A stretch of 64,000 nucleotides of DNA from Octopus vulgaris (taxonomy: Eukaryota), in the NCBI GenBank assembly GCA_951406725.2, contig OX597821.1, positions 117,800,001 through 117,864,000 on the forward strand. The letters are read 5' to 3'. Under the pieces are notes generated by a model, which was given only the letters and a program-made list of their open reading frames with translations, did no database searches and was not told the origin of the DNA. Shown here piece after piece: positions 13,133-26,953 of the stretch. The translations under genes were made by a program, and so were the position numbers. Each line of letters begins with the position of its first letter. Within the stretch, counting starts at the first letter, position 1.

Positions 13133-13890
13133 TATATGTATAAATATATATACACACTTACATACGTATACACAAATACACACACATAAGCACACACACA
13201 CACACACATGTATATGTATGTGTGTGTGTGTGTGTGTATGCATGTATGTACATATGCATATGTATGTATTTGCTTTGATTGTTTTTTTTGGGTTTTTTTT
13301 TCTAGAGGGTAAGAGAGGTTCTACCTTTGTTTCTCTCTGGTCAGAAACTGAAATACAGCTCCAAGCATTTTCATTTGGTATGCCATTTCGAAATGACTTG
13401 TTCTAGAGAGGAACATGGAGAGTTAGCCTCTTTCAGCATCTCAACTGTTGCTTGTTAGATAGACAGGTGCACACCTGACTTACAATACCTGCTTGTTTTT
13501 AGCTGTCAGCCTCGTATGAATGGATGTAGAAGACCTCATTCAACTAATCACTTGACAGCCATGTTAACATCTTAACCAGATATATGTATGTATGTGTATA
13601 TACCTATGTATATATGTTTGTGTGTGTGTATATGTATGTGTATATTTGTGTGTATGTATGTATATATTTATATGTAGGTGTGCGTGTGTATATATATGTT
13701 TGTATGCATGAATGTATGCATGCGTATACATGTATGTATGTGTGTGTATATATATATGTATGTTTGTATGTTGCATGTTTGTATGTATATATGCATATTG
13801 CACGTAAATGCATTCATGTATGTTGTATGCATATATATATATGCATACAACATACATGGATGCATTTACATGTATGTGTGTATATATATG

Positions 13891-13962
<72 letters not shown>
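12820..13962. repeat. Long TA/CA/TG microsatellite fields (others at 1950-2160, 9540-9740, 16730-16930, 46015-46190; (GA)n at 51060-51186; (AAT)n tracts)
   Basis: Seen directly; these produce the spurious YI/HT/CV ORFs. Confidence 0.95.
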
Positions 13963-16026
13963 AGTAATGAGATTGATGAATCCCTAGTAAGGAATAAATC
14001 AAATTTCACCCCACCAAAAGGAAGAAATAACTACCTTGACCAATACATTGATATCCTGTCTAAATTTCCCCTTAGACGCAATACCAATGTTAGGCCAAAC
14101 ATTAGCAAATCAGAGATGTCTGCATGTAAACGTATACAAAATGATCAAACAATAATAATTAAACAAGCAGATAAAGGTGGTGCAATTGTTATTATGGATA
14201 CCGAATACTATAAGGATTTGGTTGAAGACCAACTGAAGGATACAACCTTCTATTGTGAAATACCCGCAAATATAGACCACCACATCATGAAAAAGATCAA
14301 CAACCTGATTTCAACACACCACAACTCACTTACGGATAATGAAAAAGACTACATCACCAATTTTGAACCAAAACCCAGCAACTTCTACGGCTTACCAAAA
14401 ATACACAAATCAAAAAACATTCAACAGGCAGTAAAAGAACAAGAAAGTGAGTACATAAAATTATTACATCCAAAAGACCTAAAACTTAGACCTATTATAG
14501 CTGGTCCAGCATGCCCTACACACCGTCTAAGCAATTTTATTGACATTGTTTTGAAACCACTATGTACTTACATACCAAGTTTCATCAGGGATGACATCGA
14601 CTTCCTGTCCCATCTTCCCAAAACAACAGAAACAAATTCAGTTTTGCTAAGTTTTGATGTGGTAAGCCTCTACACCAATATTCCACACGATTTAGGAATA
14701 AAGGCGATTAAATACTGGTTACAAAAACATAGAGAAGTGATTCCCAGCAGATTCACAGTGCCATTTATATTAGACACAGTCAAACTTATTCTAGAAAATA
14801 ACACATTCTTCTTCAATGGAAAGAATTACATCCAAATTAGAGGCACGGCGATGGGAACGAGGTTTGCTCCCGTTTACGCCAACTCTGTAATGGGATACTT
14901 AGAAGAACAACTCTACCAAGAGGTGGAGGTAAACTATGGCACTGGATTTAGAAAGTATATTGAAAAGGCATGGAAGAGATACCTAGACGACTGTTTCATA
15001 ATCTGGACAGAATCTCTAAATACTCTGGAAGAGTTCAATATCCTCCTGAACAACCTACACCCATCTCTCAAATTTACAAAGGAGATGAGTAGTACCAAAT
15101 TACCATTCCTGGATATAATGGTAATTAAAAAAGACACCACCATCACCACAGATATATACTATAAACACACAGACACACATCAATACCTAAATTTTAAGTC
15201 GTGCCATCCACCACATACAAAACGTAACATCCCATACTGCCTAGCCAGAAGAATTTGTACTATTGTAGAAGATGCAAATATCAGGAACAAACGCCTAATA
15301 GAACTAAGAGAATTTTTGCTCAAACAAAAATACCCATCTCTACTTATAGAAAATGGCATACAGCGGGCTATAAAAATACCTATACAACAACTTAGGACAA
15401 CCCAAGGAAGAGGAAAACAAGAACAAGTCATACCATTCATAGTGACACACAACCCATGTCACCAGAATATCTTCAACATTGCCAAAGCAAACCTTCCAAT
15501 CATTGCCCAAAGTAATGAATTAAAAGACATAATCAAGGATCGAGCTATGGTGCTTAGTAAAAGACAGCCTAAAAACTTGAAAACATTACTAACAAAGGCA
15601 AAATTTGACCTCAGCAACAAAGACCAAACATTCACGGTATCTAAATGCAATGATAGCCGATGTGGCACATGCCAATTCATACATACCGGTCAATATATAA
15701 ACACAAAAACCGGGAAAATATTCACAAACGCGAATATGAACTGCAAAAGCAGAAATTTAATTTACTGCATCAAATGCCCAAATTGTGAAGAAATATATGT
15801 AGGTCAGACGGGAAACGCACTATTAGAACGCTCACGTGTACACCGGCAACAGATTAGAGACCCAGAGGTCCGTCAGATACCTTTGAGTAACCACCTAGCA
15901 ACATGTGGTCGGAAAATATATATAATATTTCCATTCTACAAATTACACAGCCCAAGTGAAATCGAGAGGAAAATCAGAGAAAAGAATTTTATTGATAAAT
16001 TCGAACCCAAGCTAAATAAGCAATAA
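13963..16026 (+). CDS. PLE reverse transcriptase / GIY-YIG endonuclease, uninterrupted ~687 codons
   Basis: [52 protein letters not shown]; linker CNDSRCGTC; [11 protein letters not shown]...YVGQTG. Confidence 0.93.
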   Translation, partial: SNEIDESLVRNKSNFTPPKGRNNYLDQYIDILSKFPLRRNTNVRPNISKSEMSACKRIQNDQTIIIKQADKGGAIVIMDTEYYKDLVEDQLKDTTFYCEIPANIDHHIMKKINNLISTHHNSLTDNEKDYITNFEPKPSNFYGLPKIHKSKNIQQAVKEQESEYIKLLHPKDLKLRPIIAGPACPTHRLSNFIDIVLKPLCTYIPSFIRDDIDFLSHLPKTTETNSVLLSFDVVSLYTNIPHDLGIKAIKYWLQKHREVIPSRFTVPFILDTVKLILENNTFFFNGKNYIQIRGTAMGTRFAPVYANSVMGYLEEQLYQEVEVNYGTGFRKYIEKAWKRYLDDCFIIWTESLNTLEEFNILLNNLHPSLKFTKEMSSTKLPFLDIMVIKKDTTITTDIYYKHTDTHQYLNFKSCHPPHTKRNIPYCLARRICTIVEDANIRNKRLIELREFLLKQKYPSLLIENGIQRAIKIPIQQLRTTQGRGKQEQVIPFIVTHNPCHQNIFNIAKANLPIIAQSNELKDIIKDRAMVLSKRQPKNLKTLLTKAKFDLSNKDQTFTVSKCNDSRCGTCQFIHTGQYINTKTGKIFTNANMNCKSRNLIYCIKCPNCEEIYVGQTGNALLERSRVHRQQIRDPEVRQIPLSNHLATCGRKIYIIFPFYKLHSPSEIERKIREKNFIDKFEPKLNKQ

Positions 16027-16339
16027 TAATAATACTTAGAGGTATTACTTCCACTGCTACGACCATGACCACTAACAACAACAACAATACTAAAGGTGAT
16101 CAAGACGAAGATAGCAGGAAAATTATCTTATTTAGGGTTAAAAGTTCTATTGCCACCACCATCACCACTAGCAACAATAATTAAGGTGCTGACAATGATG
16201 ATGATGACAATTGAAATATAAAAATATAAAAATCTCTGACAAAGGATATTTACAACATTTCTAAAAATAACCCAACAATTACTGCTTCGGCCAGGGTCAA
16301 GATACAGGACTCTTGACCTGTCCAACAAAGCGTGATGCC

Positions 16340-16460
16340 TAAACCAATCAGCTCAACCAACCAATCAGCTTAAGTAATTGAGTGATACTACACACTGATT
16401 GGTCAGAATACAGTTTGCAAAACCTAGCACTCTGGAGCCTACCCAGCTGTATTTATAGCA
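16340..16460 (+). promoter_or_regulatory. Putative pLTR Pol II promoter (CCAAT boxes and TATA-like box)
   Basis: CCAATCAG twice, reverse CTGATTGG, TATTTATAG ~65 bp upstream of the HHR. Confidence 0.5.
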
Positions 16461-16520
16461 CAGAATCACTCATCTTGCTACAGTCAAAAATTGTGAAGCA
16501 TGACTGTCAACACTACTACA

Positions 16521-16565
16521 TGAACCCGAAGATTGCAGAATTCAATGCATGAAAGTACTAGTTCA
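16521..16565 (+). ncRNA. Minimal type-I hammerhead ribozyme in the PLE 3' region
   Basis: TGAAC-CCGAAGA-TTGCAGAATTCAATGCAT-GAAA-GTAC-TA-GTTCA; 5-bp stem I, TGCA/TGCA stem II, palindromic AGTACT stem III, U4C core variant. Confidence 0.8.
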
Positions 16566-16727
16566 ATCAGAATGAATATTTAACATTCTACTATTTCATT
16601 TTATTTTACTCAATTATAATATATTATCTTATAATATATCATTATAAGATTGTAAATAAAACGTGAAAATCAGACAAGGTTGGAATTCTTTTTATTAATA
16701 TATTCTTCTATACACAATTACACACAC

Positions 16728-16782
<55 letters not shown>

Positions 16783-17966
16783 TACATGTGTATATATGAA
16801 TGTATGTATGTCTACATGTATGTTTGCATGTATGTATAGTTGCATGCATACATGTATGTATGTATGTATTATGCATGTATGTATGCTTGTATATGTATAT
16901 ATGTATATATATACATGTATGTACGTATGTATGTGTCTTTACCCCTACCCTTTCCAATGCCTGCCATGTTCCATTAGTCTGATATAATTTCTTTGTAAGG
17001 ATCTCAATGTTTAAAAGAAGACATTATTTGCTGTATCAAAGCAAAAACCAGAAGCATTAAGCATCTTATTTAACTTACTATTTACTATTGTGATACACAA
17101 ACGGAACATTTTCTTTAACCCTTTTCCTGTTAGGTTAGCATCTTCTTGTCACTTCGGGGTGGGGTGGGGTGGAATAATTAAATTGAAATTGTGTCTTTGA
17201 TGTTTTCTTAGACTCATCTTTATTTTCCATCGTTTATTTGTTTCTTGTTTCAGTCATTAGACTGCGGCCATTCTGGGGCACTGTTTTGGAGAATTTTTAG
17301 TCGAATAAATCAACCCCAGTACTCAATTTTTTTAAAGCCTCTTTCATTGAACTGCTGTGTTATTGGAACATAACAAACCAACACCGGTTGTCAAGTGGTA
17401 GTGGAGGGCAAACACAGATACAAAGACACACACACACACACATATGATAGGCTTCTTTCAGTTTCCATCTACTAAATCTAGTCACAGTGTTGGTAGAAGA
17501 CATAGAAGAGGCCATAGTAGAAGGCCATAGTTGAAGGCCATAGTAGAAGACACTTTCCTAGTGCTATACTAGGGGACTGAACCTGGAACTCTGTGATTGG
17601 CAAGCTAACTTCTTACCACACAACCATGCTTAATTTTTCTTTTTTTTCTGTCAGTTCTGGGACTAATAAGGCCAGGGCTGAACCCAATTTCCCTGACATA
17701 TAATGACTGAAATTACAACATTTCCCCCCTGAACTGGATGCCAGCCCACCAGAGTAGTAACTCCCCTGTTAGTGGTGGGACTCACTCACAGCTGAAATGA
17801 TTGTAATAATGTGAAAAGATGAGTGTTGTTCCAGAACACAATCCACCACCCAGTCCAGACTCTAACCACTAGACCAGCGCTTCTTAAACTATGGGTCACG
17901 GAAATTAAATTCGTGCATTTGAATTTCAGTTTAGATGTTATTTCACAAATGGACAAATCCTAAAAC

Positions 17967-18003
<37 letters not shown>

Positions 18004-20752
18004 TTAACGTCTGCTTTCCATGCTAGCATGGGTTGGATGATTTGACTGAGGACTGCTGAACCAGATGGCTGCACCGGGCTCCAGTCTGATCTAGCAGAGT
18101 TTCTACAGCTGGATGCCCTTCCTAACACCAATCACTCCGAGAGTGTAGTGGGTGGTTTAACATGCCACCGGCATGAAGGCCAGTCAGGTGGTACTGGCAA
18201 TGGCCACGCTCAAATGGTGTTTTTTACGTGCCACCTGCACAGGAGCCAGTCCAGTGGCACTGGCAATGACCTTGCTCAAATGTTTTTTCACGTGCCAGTA
18301 AGGCAACGCTGGTAACGATCATGCTCGAGTGGTGCTTTTTATGTGCCATCAGCATGGAAGCCAGTTAGCTGCTCTGGCAATGATCACACTCAGATGGTGC
18401 TCTTAGTGTTCCACTAGCACGGATGCCAGTCATTGAATTTGATTTCGATGAAATTAGCATTAGCTTATCTCACTCATCTTGTGGAAGCCCTTGGAACTTT
18501 TTGCAGAACCCTAGGGTTCTGGGGAATCCTGGTTGAGAAACGCTGCTCTATTGAATCAAATTTATGTTTAAATCCACTGGGATATATATTATGAAGGAAT
18601 GTGTAAGTCATCGTTCTGATGGTGGTGGTGGTGGTGGTTGTAAATAGATGAGAGATTAAGCTTACTACCAAAGAACACAGATGCCCCATGTTGGGAATGA
18701 TAAACAAAGTTGTCCTCGGTGAGATTTGAACTCAAAGCAGTGAGGTGATGAACTAAACACTGCAAAATTTCAAATGTAGGTGATCATTATTTTTGACTGT
18801 ATCTGCTTATCTCTGACATGGACGGTGGATGTTATGGCATGAGGGTGAGCTGAGGACACTGGTACCTGGTGCTGGAGTAGAAAATAGCCAGGAAAACGAT
18901 AATGAAGATAATGCATTAATGAAAGTGACGTAAGTTGTAATAGTAATATGATAAACCGGTAATAATGGAGCAGATTATTGTTACTACTACTACTATTACC
19001 ACCAACACCAGCACCACCACCACCACTACTACTACTACTACTGCTGCAACAGTCTGGCAGAATTGTTCTGGACAAAATGCTCAGTGGCATTTTTTTTGTT
19101 TTTTTTAATGTTCTGAGTTCAAATTCCACTGATATCGATTTTTCCTTTCAGCCTTTTGGGGTCTGAAAAATAGCTCCCCCCTTTAGGGGGTGCTATTTAA
19201 GCACCGAGGGTGATATAATTGAGTATCCCTTCTCCCCACAAATTTCAGGCCTTGTACCTGTTGTAGAAAAAATTATTAGTATTATTAATCGAAATTGAAC
19301 CAAGTTCGATGACTGGCACCTGTGCAACTGGAGCGCTAACAGCTCCATCTGAGCGGGATCACTGCCAGAGCAGCTGTCTGGCTTCCATGCCGGTGGCACA
19401 TAAAAAGCACCATTTGAGTGTAATTGTAACCAGCGTCGCCTTACTGGCATTTGTGCCAGTGGCACGTGAACAAAACATTCGAGCAAGGTTGTTGCCAGTG
19501 CCGCTGGATTGACTCCTGTGCAGGTGGCACATAAAAAACACCATTTTCGAGTGTGGCCGTTGCCAATACCGCCAGACTGGCCCTCGTGCCGGTGGCATGT
19601 AAAAGTACCCACTACACTCTCGGAGGGGTTGGCGTTAGTAAGGGTATCCAGCTGTAGAAACTCTACCAGATCAGGTTGGAGCCTGGCGCAGCCATCTGGT
19701 TCGCTAGTCCTCAGTCAAATCGTCCAACCCATGCAGGCATGGAAAGTGGATGTTAAATGATGATGATGATGATGATGATGATGATATTAAGTATCAAGGT
19801 AGTGCACTGACTTTTTTTAGTTTTATGATGTGTTGGTAAAGTAGAATTTAATTACATTATGTGAAAGTGTGTGGTTCAGTTCATAATTGTAAGGTCTTGA
19901 GTTCAATTCCCGGTGATGCATTGTGTCCTTGAGCAAGACACTTTATTTCACGTTGCTCCAGTCCACTCAGCTGGCAAAAATAGGCTGTACATGTATTTGA
20001 AAGGGCTAACCTTGTTACATTATGTTATGCTGAATATGCCTGAGAACTACCCTAAGGGTACATGTGTTGTGTCCGTGGAGTACTCAGCCACATGCACATT
20101 AATTTCATGAGTAGGCTGTTCCATCAATCAGACCAACCGGAACACTCGTCATCATAACTGATGGAGGGCCAGTTTAAGTTACATTAGAATAGCTGTATAG
20201 AATGCATTGGAAACGAGAAAGCAAGTTTGAAATCAAGCTCATCCTCCTCCTCCTCCTCCTCATCATCATCATCATCATTACCACTACCATCACCACCACC
20301 ACCATCATCATATGTCCATTTTCCAAGCTGGCATGGTTTGGATGGTTTGACTGGGGACTGGCAAGCCAGGGAGGCCACACCAGGCTCCAATCTGATCTGG
20401 CAATGTTTCTACAGCTGGATGCCCTTCCTAACGCCAACCACTCTGAGAGTGTAGTGGGTGCTTTTACGTGCCACTGGTATGGGAATGGGAGCCAGTCAGC
20501 CAGCACTAGCCTCAGCCATAATCAGATGGTGCTTTTTACATGCCACCAGCACAGAAGCCAGTCAGGCGGCACTGGCACTGGCCATGTACGGATGGTGCTT
20601 TGCAACTATTTTAAATATCAGAATCAAGAAAAATTACCTGATCATGAAAAACAATTCATGTGATACACGAATAAATAAAATGTATTTGATATGTCTATAT
20701 TTATGAAGTTCCATCATGCATTTAGGTATTCGGTCATTCTGATATTTTTCAG

Positions 20753-20894
20753 GGATATCGTAGAGGCTTCCCATTTGAAACCACTTGGAAAGGAGGACAA
20801 AGTCCAAGAGAAATTCAAGCAATCATGGAATACAGTCGCTAAATCTTGCAATTCTCAACAAGTGGCAACAACTTGTGAGAAAACAGAGACCCAG
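20753..20894 (+). CDS. CCDC103: CCDC103 coding exon 2
   Basis: Phase-2 acceptor; (R)DIVEASHLKPL...WNTVA continues the conserved motif; phase-0 donor gtaaga. Confidence 0.92.
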
Positions 20895-21059
20895 GTAAGA
20901 GTCATTCTTTTCTTACTATTGTTGTTCTCATTGTCGTTGGTGTCACCGGCGGCTGATGACTGTTTTAATCAGGCAAGCTTGGAGGCCACAAGTTTGATAA
21001 TACATCGTTATAAAGATTGTCTGAAATCCATTTGTGGGTTTTATGGACTTTGTTAGAAG

Positions 21060-21700
21060 GTACTGAGTTTTGTTGAAATGCATATGGCTTTTCACTGCAT
21101 ATTCATCCATTCGGGGCTTAACAACTGTTCCCAGTACCTCAACATATCTGGTAGCATTAATTCAGTGACTCTGTGGAAAGATGTGAGCTGGCATTATATG
21201 ACCTTCATTACTCACCACCCCTAAAACCATCGCAGTTACTAGAAACTTAGTACGCATCACTTGGGAGACATCTGAAGGATTGGCTCTTAGCCATCTGTCA
21301 TTTCTCCGCATAGACTTTTGATTTTAGAGAGAATAAAAGCATGTTACATTTGTGAGGGCCCTCATCATTCTTGAGTAACCACTTGGTATAGATCAAATGA
21401 CTTTCCTGTCTTTGAAGACATGAAGTGACCCCTCTGCGGTTCATATGACTTGTATTGAATATCCTTGTGCACCGCAGTTCTTGTAGTCTGCTTTGACACC
21501 TCAAGTTCTTTAGTAATGGGTCCTTATTGATAACATTTCGAATTCTTTGCTTTAACTCTGGACCCTTGTAATATCTGAACATTTAGAATGTTTCTTTTTC
21601 TTTGATACAGTCAAAATATTCTTGCAAGACGCTTCCAATTTTATCCAAACTTTGTTTAGAGAAAATCTTGCCATGTCTCGAAAGCTGTTTATTTCTAAAT
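21060..21700 (-). pseudogene. Decayed Tc1/mariner-superfamily transposase (maT-like)
   Basis: MRTKF...MVLGVVSNEGHIMPAHIF...INATRYVEVLGTVVKP with stops. Confidence 0.6.
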
Positions 21701-21929
21701 TGCTGTTCTACATGTGGCAACAAAGACTGCATGTTTTTTCCTTTCTTGTGTTAGCATTTTATCTGCCATGGGGGGTTTGAAGGAAATAAAAATCTTTTTA
21801 GTTGGTTTGAAGAGAGAAGTATACTAATAATTAAATGTTTTCAAATACGCCTTGCACCCAGTACATCAGTAGTATATTTAAAAACATTTCATTGGGCTTT
21901 TAAAAATTATTAAAAAATTTTTTTTTCAG

Positions 21930-22328
21930 GTTCCCATTAAAATACCAAAGACTTCCCATGAATTTGTGAGAGAATGGTGCCGCCATAAAAATTCCAAGCA
22001 GTCCCAATATGAGATGCTAATGCTGATAACAACTGAGCAACTGGCTGCTCAGTTCAAAACTGAAATACCCAATGGACTTTTAGGAGAAATATTATGTGTT
22101 CTTAAAGAATATTATTCTAAAGAGAACCACTTGGCAATTATTGAAATTCTAGACATTCTTAGTCAGTCTTCAAGATTTTCCTTATGTCTACAATTTATGA
22201 ATGCAAATGAACTCAAAGAATGTCATAATTTGTTTAAGAAACTGTCCTCTGATATTTCCCAAAAAGACGATATTGAGTCAAAAGAAAGATTTCAGGTGTT
22301 GAAAAAGAAATATTCTATTGATGAATAA
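21930..22328 (+). CDS. CCDC103: CCDC103 coding exon 3 (RPAP3_C-like domain) to stop
   Basis: Poly-T cag acceptor; PKTSHEFVREW...FKTEIPNGLLGEIL...RFSLCLQFM; spliced CDS 690 nt = 229 aa. Confidence 0.92.
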   Translation, partial: VPIKIPKTSHEFVREWCRHKNSKQSQYEMLMLITTEQLAAQFKTEIPNGLLGEILCVLKEYYSKENHLAIIEILDILSQSSRFSLCLQFMNANELKECHNLFKKLSSDISQKDDIESKERFQVLKKKYSIDE

Positions 22329-22599
22329 ATTGACCCCACCCTCAACCAGTCAAAAGCACAGTTCCCAATGCAGAAACCACTAAATGGTGCAATTATGCAT
22401 TATCCTTCTGCCTTTTGTCTAACCTGAGGAATGCATCAGATTCTCACTTCAATCATTTAGATAGCAAAGAATATTACTTAACATGAAACAATCACATGTG
22501 CAAGATCCATGTGGTACAGATCTTCACCAGATATGAAGTATATGCATAACATACACAATAATATTCCACTCCTGAAACACCTTCACTTCATTATCAGAT

Positions 22600-22995
22600 C
22601 AGTGAGCTGGCAGAACCGTTAGCACGCTGGGCGAAATGCGTAGCTGTATTTCATCTGCTGTTACGTTCTATGTTCAAATTCCGCTGAGGTCGACTTTGTC
22701 TTTCATCCTTTCGGGGTCGATAGATTAAGTACCGGTTATGCACTGGGGTCGATATAATCGACTTAATCCCTTTGTCTGTCCTCTCTGTGTTTAGCCCCTT
22801 GCGGGTAGTAAAGAAATAGGTATTTCGTCTGGCATTACGTTCTGAGTTCAAATTCCACCGAGATCGACTTTGCCTTTCATCCTTTCGGGGTCAATAGGTT
22901 AAGTACTGGTTACACCCTGGGGTCGATATAATCGACTTAATCCCTTTGTCTGTCCTCTCTGTGTTTAGCCCCTTGTGGGTAGTAAAGAAATAGGT
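22600..22995 (+). mobile_element. tRNA-derived SINE dimer with a Meta-domain-like centre (many copies at 32018-58595)
   Basis: A box GAGCTGGCAGAA, B box GAGTTCAAATTCC, central GCCTTTCATCCTTTCGGGGTCGATAAA, tail AGCCCCTTGTGGG...AAAGAAAT. Confidence 0.8.
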
Positions 22996-23595
22996 AATGT
23001 AGTGGAACTTGCAACATTCTTACTATTACTACCACATTTGATGGCATGAAAGACAACAGGGGCATATCAAATAAACCCTAATTTCAGCAGGGCATATTCA
23101 GAAAAAAAGAGCATCAGAGACCAAACTAGCTTATGGGAGGCCCACCTTTAAATATAGGACACAAGATTACTTTTTGCAACATGTTTTTGGAACGTCACGT
23201 GTGTCTTTTATGTTATGAAATATGGTATCAGCTAAATAAGTCATTTTACTTATCTTCTCATCACTTCAAACTTGCTAATCTTTCATCAGTTATAAACTGC
23301 CTTCAGAAAGTAACTCTGTTTTATTATTGTTCTTATTTAAAGCTAGACAGAGTTAGTCGTTGAATGTTAAGCATCTTTTCAGACATTTTTCAGCAGAAGA
23401 AATAGGTTTCTTTGAACAGGTCATAAAAGAAGCTATTTTCCTGTTGGGCTGCAGTCATTGAAAACAATGGTGATTACATTCTTGATTAAAACTATTCTGA
23501 TAAACATGGTTTACATTCGTTTTTATATCCATTCTGTTAAAACTATTACTTTCCTAACACCCAAATACATATAGAAAGATATATAAATAGATAGA

Positions 23596-23640
<45 letters not shown>

Positions 23641-24189
23641 CTGTCTGTCTGTCTATATCTATACAATCTGAGTAGAGAGGTGCAAAACAGCACTGAAATA
23701 ACAAAGGTGAGGTAAAAATATATCATTTTGCTGAGGATGAAAAACTTCATAGACTATTATTTTGTGTTTCACAACACCTCTCATCAAATACTTCTGTTTC
23801 ATAACACTGAACAACAAAGATTTTGCTAAATCAAGGATGCTGATTCCAAATCTGCACTCAGAATTGTTTTACTATGTCATGACTTTGAGTTATGCACATG
23901 TGCAAGATTATAACTATACTTTCAGCTAGATATAGGCTATATTATAAAATTTGCCAAAATCAAAGCTGTCTTAATTCAGAATTAAAGAAATAACAGCAAT
24001 AAAACAAACAATGAGAAAGTTCATTATTTAGTTTAGCAATAGATGGCGCTGACGTATTGTGTGCAAGCGCCAAATGCATCAATTTATTCTTGGTAACTCT
24101 CAGTGTCATTTACGCTGCCGTCACGTGTGGTACGTGTATCTCTGGCCCTGTGTGATTACCCGTTTCATTGTGTTGGATCATGAATAGAA

Positions 24190-24445
24190 GAGGCTGTGTG
24201 AATCACTCAGACAACTTTTGTTGTGTCTGTGGAAAATTTGCTCTGCGTGACCAGTCGAATAACATTGCAACCAAATTAAAAACTGCCTAGAAATATTATT
24301 TCGGGTGTAAAGTTGGCGACCAAGACAAGATGTGGTCACCTCATATATGCTGCACCGTGTGTTACTCAGGGCTTTCACAGTGGCTGAATGGAAAAGGAAG
24401 GGAATGCTTTGTGCTGTACCAATGGTATGGCGTGAGCCAACCAAT
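24190..24445 (+). pseudogene. Decayed Cys-rich DNA-transposon-associated protein fragment (second piece ~25902-25982)
   Basis: NFCCVCGK...YFGCKVGDQDKMWSPHICCTVC and TNISGFSKKTKAKIVY...SALKPV; stops and frameshifts. Confidence 0.55.
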
Positions 24446-25512
24446 CAAGTCTCTGTTACTTTTGCATCTCTTATCTTATGATAAAAGGCAGATTTTCTCT
24501 GCCTGTTCCCATGTTTCTTTTTAATACAATTCTACAATATAGAAATTCTTCAATTGGAATTTACCTATGATTTTTCCAAGTAGATTCGATTGGGTCATGG
24601 CATATCAAGTTTTTTCAATATGACCCCCAATTAAGCAAAAATTCGAGAAAACTCAATATTTTACGATTTGCTTCTCACATTTCAAGTGGTTTACTCTTGC
24701 TATTACCACCACACTTTCTCCTACTTTCTCTTTGCAAGTGTGAAACTATTAAAGTGAAAGTATTCCCTTATTATGTGTGTGTGTGTGTGTGCGTGTATTA
24801 GCAATTCGTATAAAATTGCATCAATGACTTGAACTTGAATAAGTGGTTTCACATAAATGGGGATAAATTAAAAAAGTTAGTTATTATTATTACTGTTTGA
24901 CTATTGTAATCACGTTTGTTGGTTCCGTGTCTGGGAAACGTTGTTGTGTTGCATTTGTTAAATAATTGTAAACTGTAACCCTCCCCCTTTCGGAGAAGGG
25001 GCTTTGGTTATTGTTTAAGAATTGAATTGTGTCCCTGTTTGGGAAAATTGACAATATTTTCACCGTCTTTACGGAAGCATTTTTGTTAAAATGCCTTTGA
25101 TAGAAGAAAGTCCAAAAATGAATTTCGCTGCAGCCGTACACTTCTATACAAGAGGGAGGACAAGATCCAATTGATCGAAATTGCAAGAGACAAGCCTACA
25201 ATTCCAGTCTGTTATATATTTTGAGTATTGTTATCACTAGCGATATCAAGATATAACTTTGTATTTTGTATTTTATGTGTAGATGTATATATATAGATGT
25301 ACATGTAATATGTACACATATATATACACATATATACATGCATAATATATCTACCCATACACACATATGCACATACATAGGGGCAGGTGTGGCTGTGTGG
25401 TAACAAACTACGTTCCAAACACATGGTCCTGGGTTCATGTACATATATACATACATCCATACATACATACATGTGTGTGTGTGTATGTATGTGTATTAAT
25501 GTGTGTACGTTA

Positions 25513-25902
25513 TCTCTCTATATAAAGCTGAAGTTGCCTGTGTGCGCCAGGTTTGGTAATCTTCAACTAACACTATCTCCTCCGAGACCCTGTGGTGCAA
25601 GTTGACCAAAATTGACAGTATGATAGAAGAAGGCTTGCTCTTCCTTCCATAGAAGATAAAATTCAAATCGGACCATGTTAACACCAAAAATTATTTACAT
25701 CAAAAAGGTGCTTTTTTCTATGAAAATCCCTATTTTTTAAAGATTTTTTCACTGCTGTGTCGCCACTTTTCGGTGTATTTCAACCAGAAAAATGTTCACT
25801 TGAAGAGAATAACAAGCTACATAATGCAAAATTTTTACTTTTCAAAAATTCCAATTCCAGCGGGTCGAAACAAACCCGAGCAACGCTGGGCGATACTGCT
25901 AG
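25513..25902 (+). mobile_element. Non-autonomous Helitron
   Basis: A|TC 5' end, subterminal hairpin CCCGAGCAACGCTGGG, CTAG|T 3' end. Confidence 0.75.
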
Positions 25903-25977
25903 TGACTAATATTAGTGGTTTCTCAAAGAAGACCAAAGCAAAAATTGTATATGCAGATTGTAAGTCGGCTCTAAAAC

Positions 25978-26013
<36 letters not shown>

Positions 26014-26918
26014 CATCATCATTATTCAACATCTGTGTTCCATGCCAGCATGGGTGGGATGGTACCACAAGAGCCAGCCAAGCCGAAGCCTGCACCAGAC
26101 TTCTGTGACTGTTTTGGCAGGATTTTTACAGCTGGATGCCCTTCCTAACACCAACCACTCAGCAGAGTGGATGAGATGGCTGATAATCCTGTATCTGCAT
26201 GTGAAGTGTTACAAATGAGACATGCACCTCTCGGTTCACATGCAACTTGTCTCCATGCTTCCAGTTCCTCTCTCAATAATCTCACATATACACACTCACA
26301 GTGGTTTATTTACCTTTCACGATGAAGTAAAATTTTGGCAATATAGCTGTCATATTTCAGTTCTTTTAAAAGTTGTTTTGATTTGGACAGTAATTTGGTT
26401 ATTGGCATCGACAGCAATACCAAGCCACAGCACAATCAGGACATTTCTCTTCATATATATATATATATATCATCATCATCATCGTTTAATGTCTGCTTTC
26501 CATGGACGATTTGACTGAGGACTGGCGAACCAGATGGCTGCACCAGGCTCCATTCTGATCTCGCAGAGTTTCTACAGCTGGATGCCTTTCCTAACATTAA
26601 CCACTCTGAGAGTGTAGTAGGTGCTTTTACGTGCCACTGGCACGAAGGCCAGTCAGGCGGTGCTGGCAATGGTCATGCTCAAATGGTGTTTTTTACATGC
26701 CACCTGCACAAGAGCCAGCGGCAGTGGCAATGACCTCGCTTGAATGTTCTTTTTTCATGTGCCAGTAAGCTGACACTGGTAACGATCACACTCGGATGGT
26801 ATTCTTAGCGCTCTACTAGCACGGATGCCAGTCATCGAATTTGATTTCGATTTTGATTACACTTGCCTCAACAGGTCTTCGCAAGCAGAGTTTAGTGTCC
26901 AATAAAAGAAAGGTACGC

Positions 26919-26953
<35 letters not shown>

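Larger units (their letters stand above)
13963..16710 (+). mobile_element. Penelope-like retroelement, Neptune-type, 5'-truncated, in CCDC103 intron 1
   Basis: RT plus C-terminal GIY-YIG ORF, 3' pLTR-like region with HHR, TA microsatellites on both sides. Confidence 0.92.

Noticed and set aside
13678-13962. N-terminal ~95 aa of the 782-aa ORF
   Set aside because: Translation of TA/TG microsatellite that happens to be in frame with the truncated PLE ORF
17875-18545. hAT-like MITE ends (CAGCGCTTCTTAA / TTGAGAAACGCTG) around a SINE
   Set aside because: Flanking 8-mers do not match as a TSD, so it was not called as a feature
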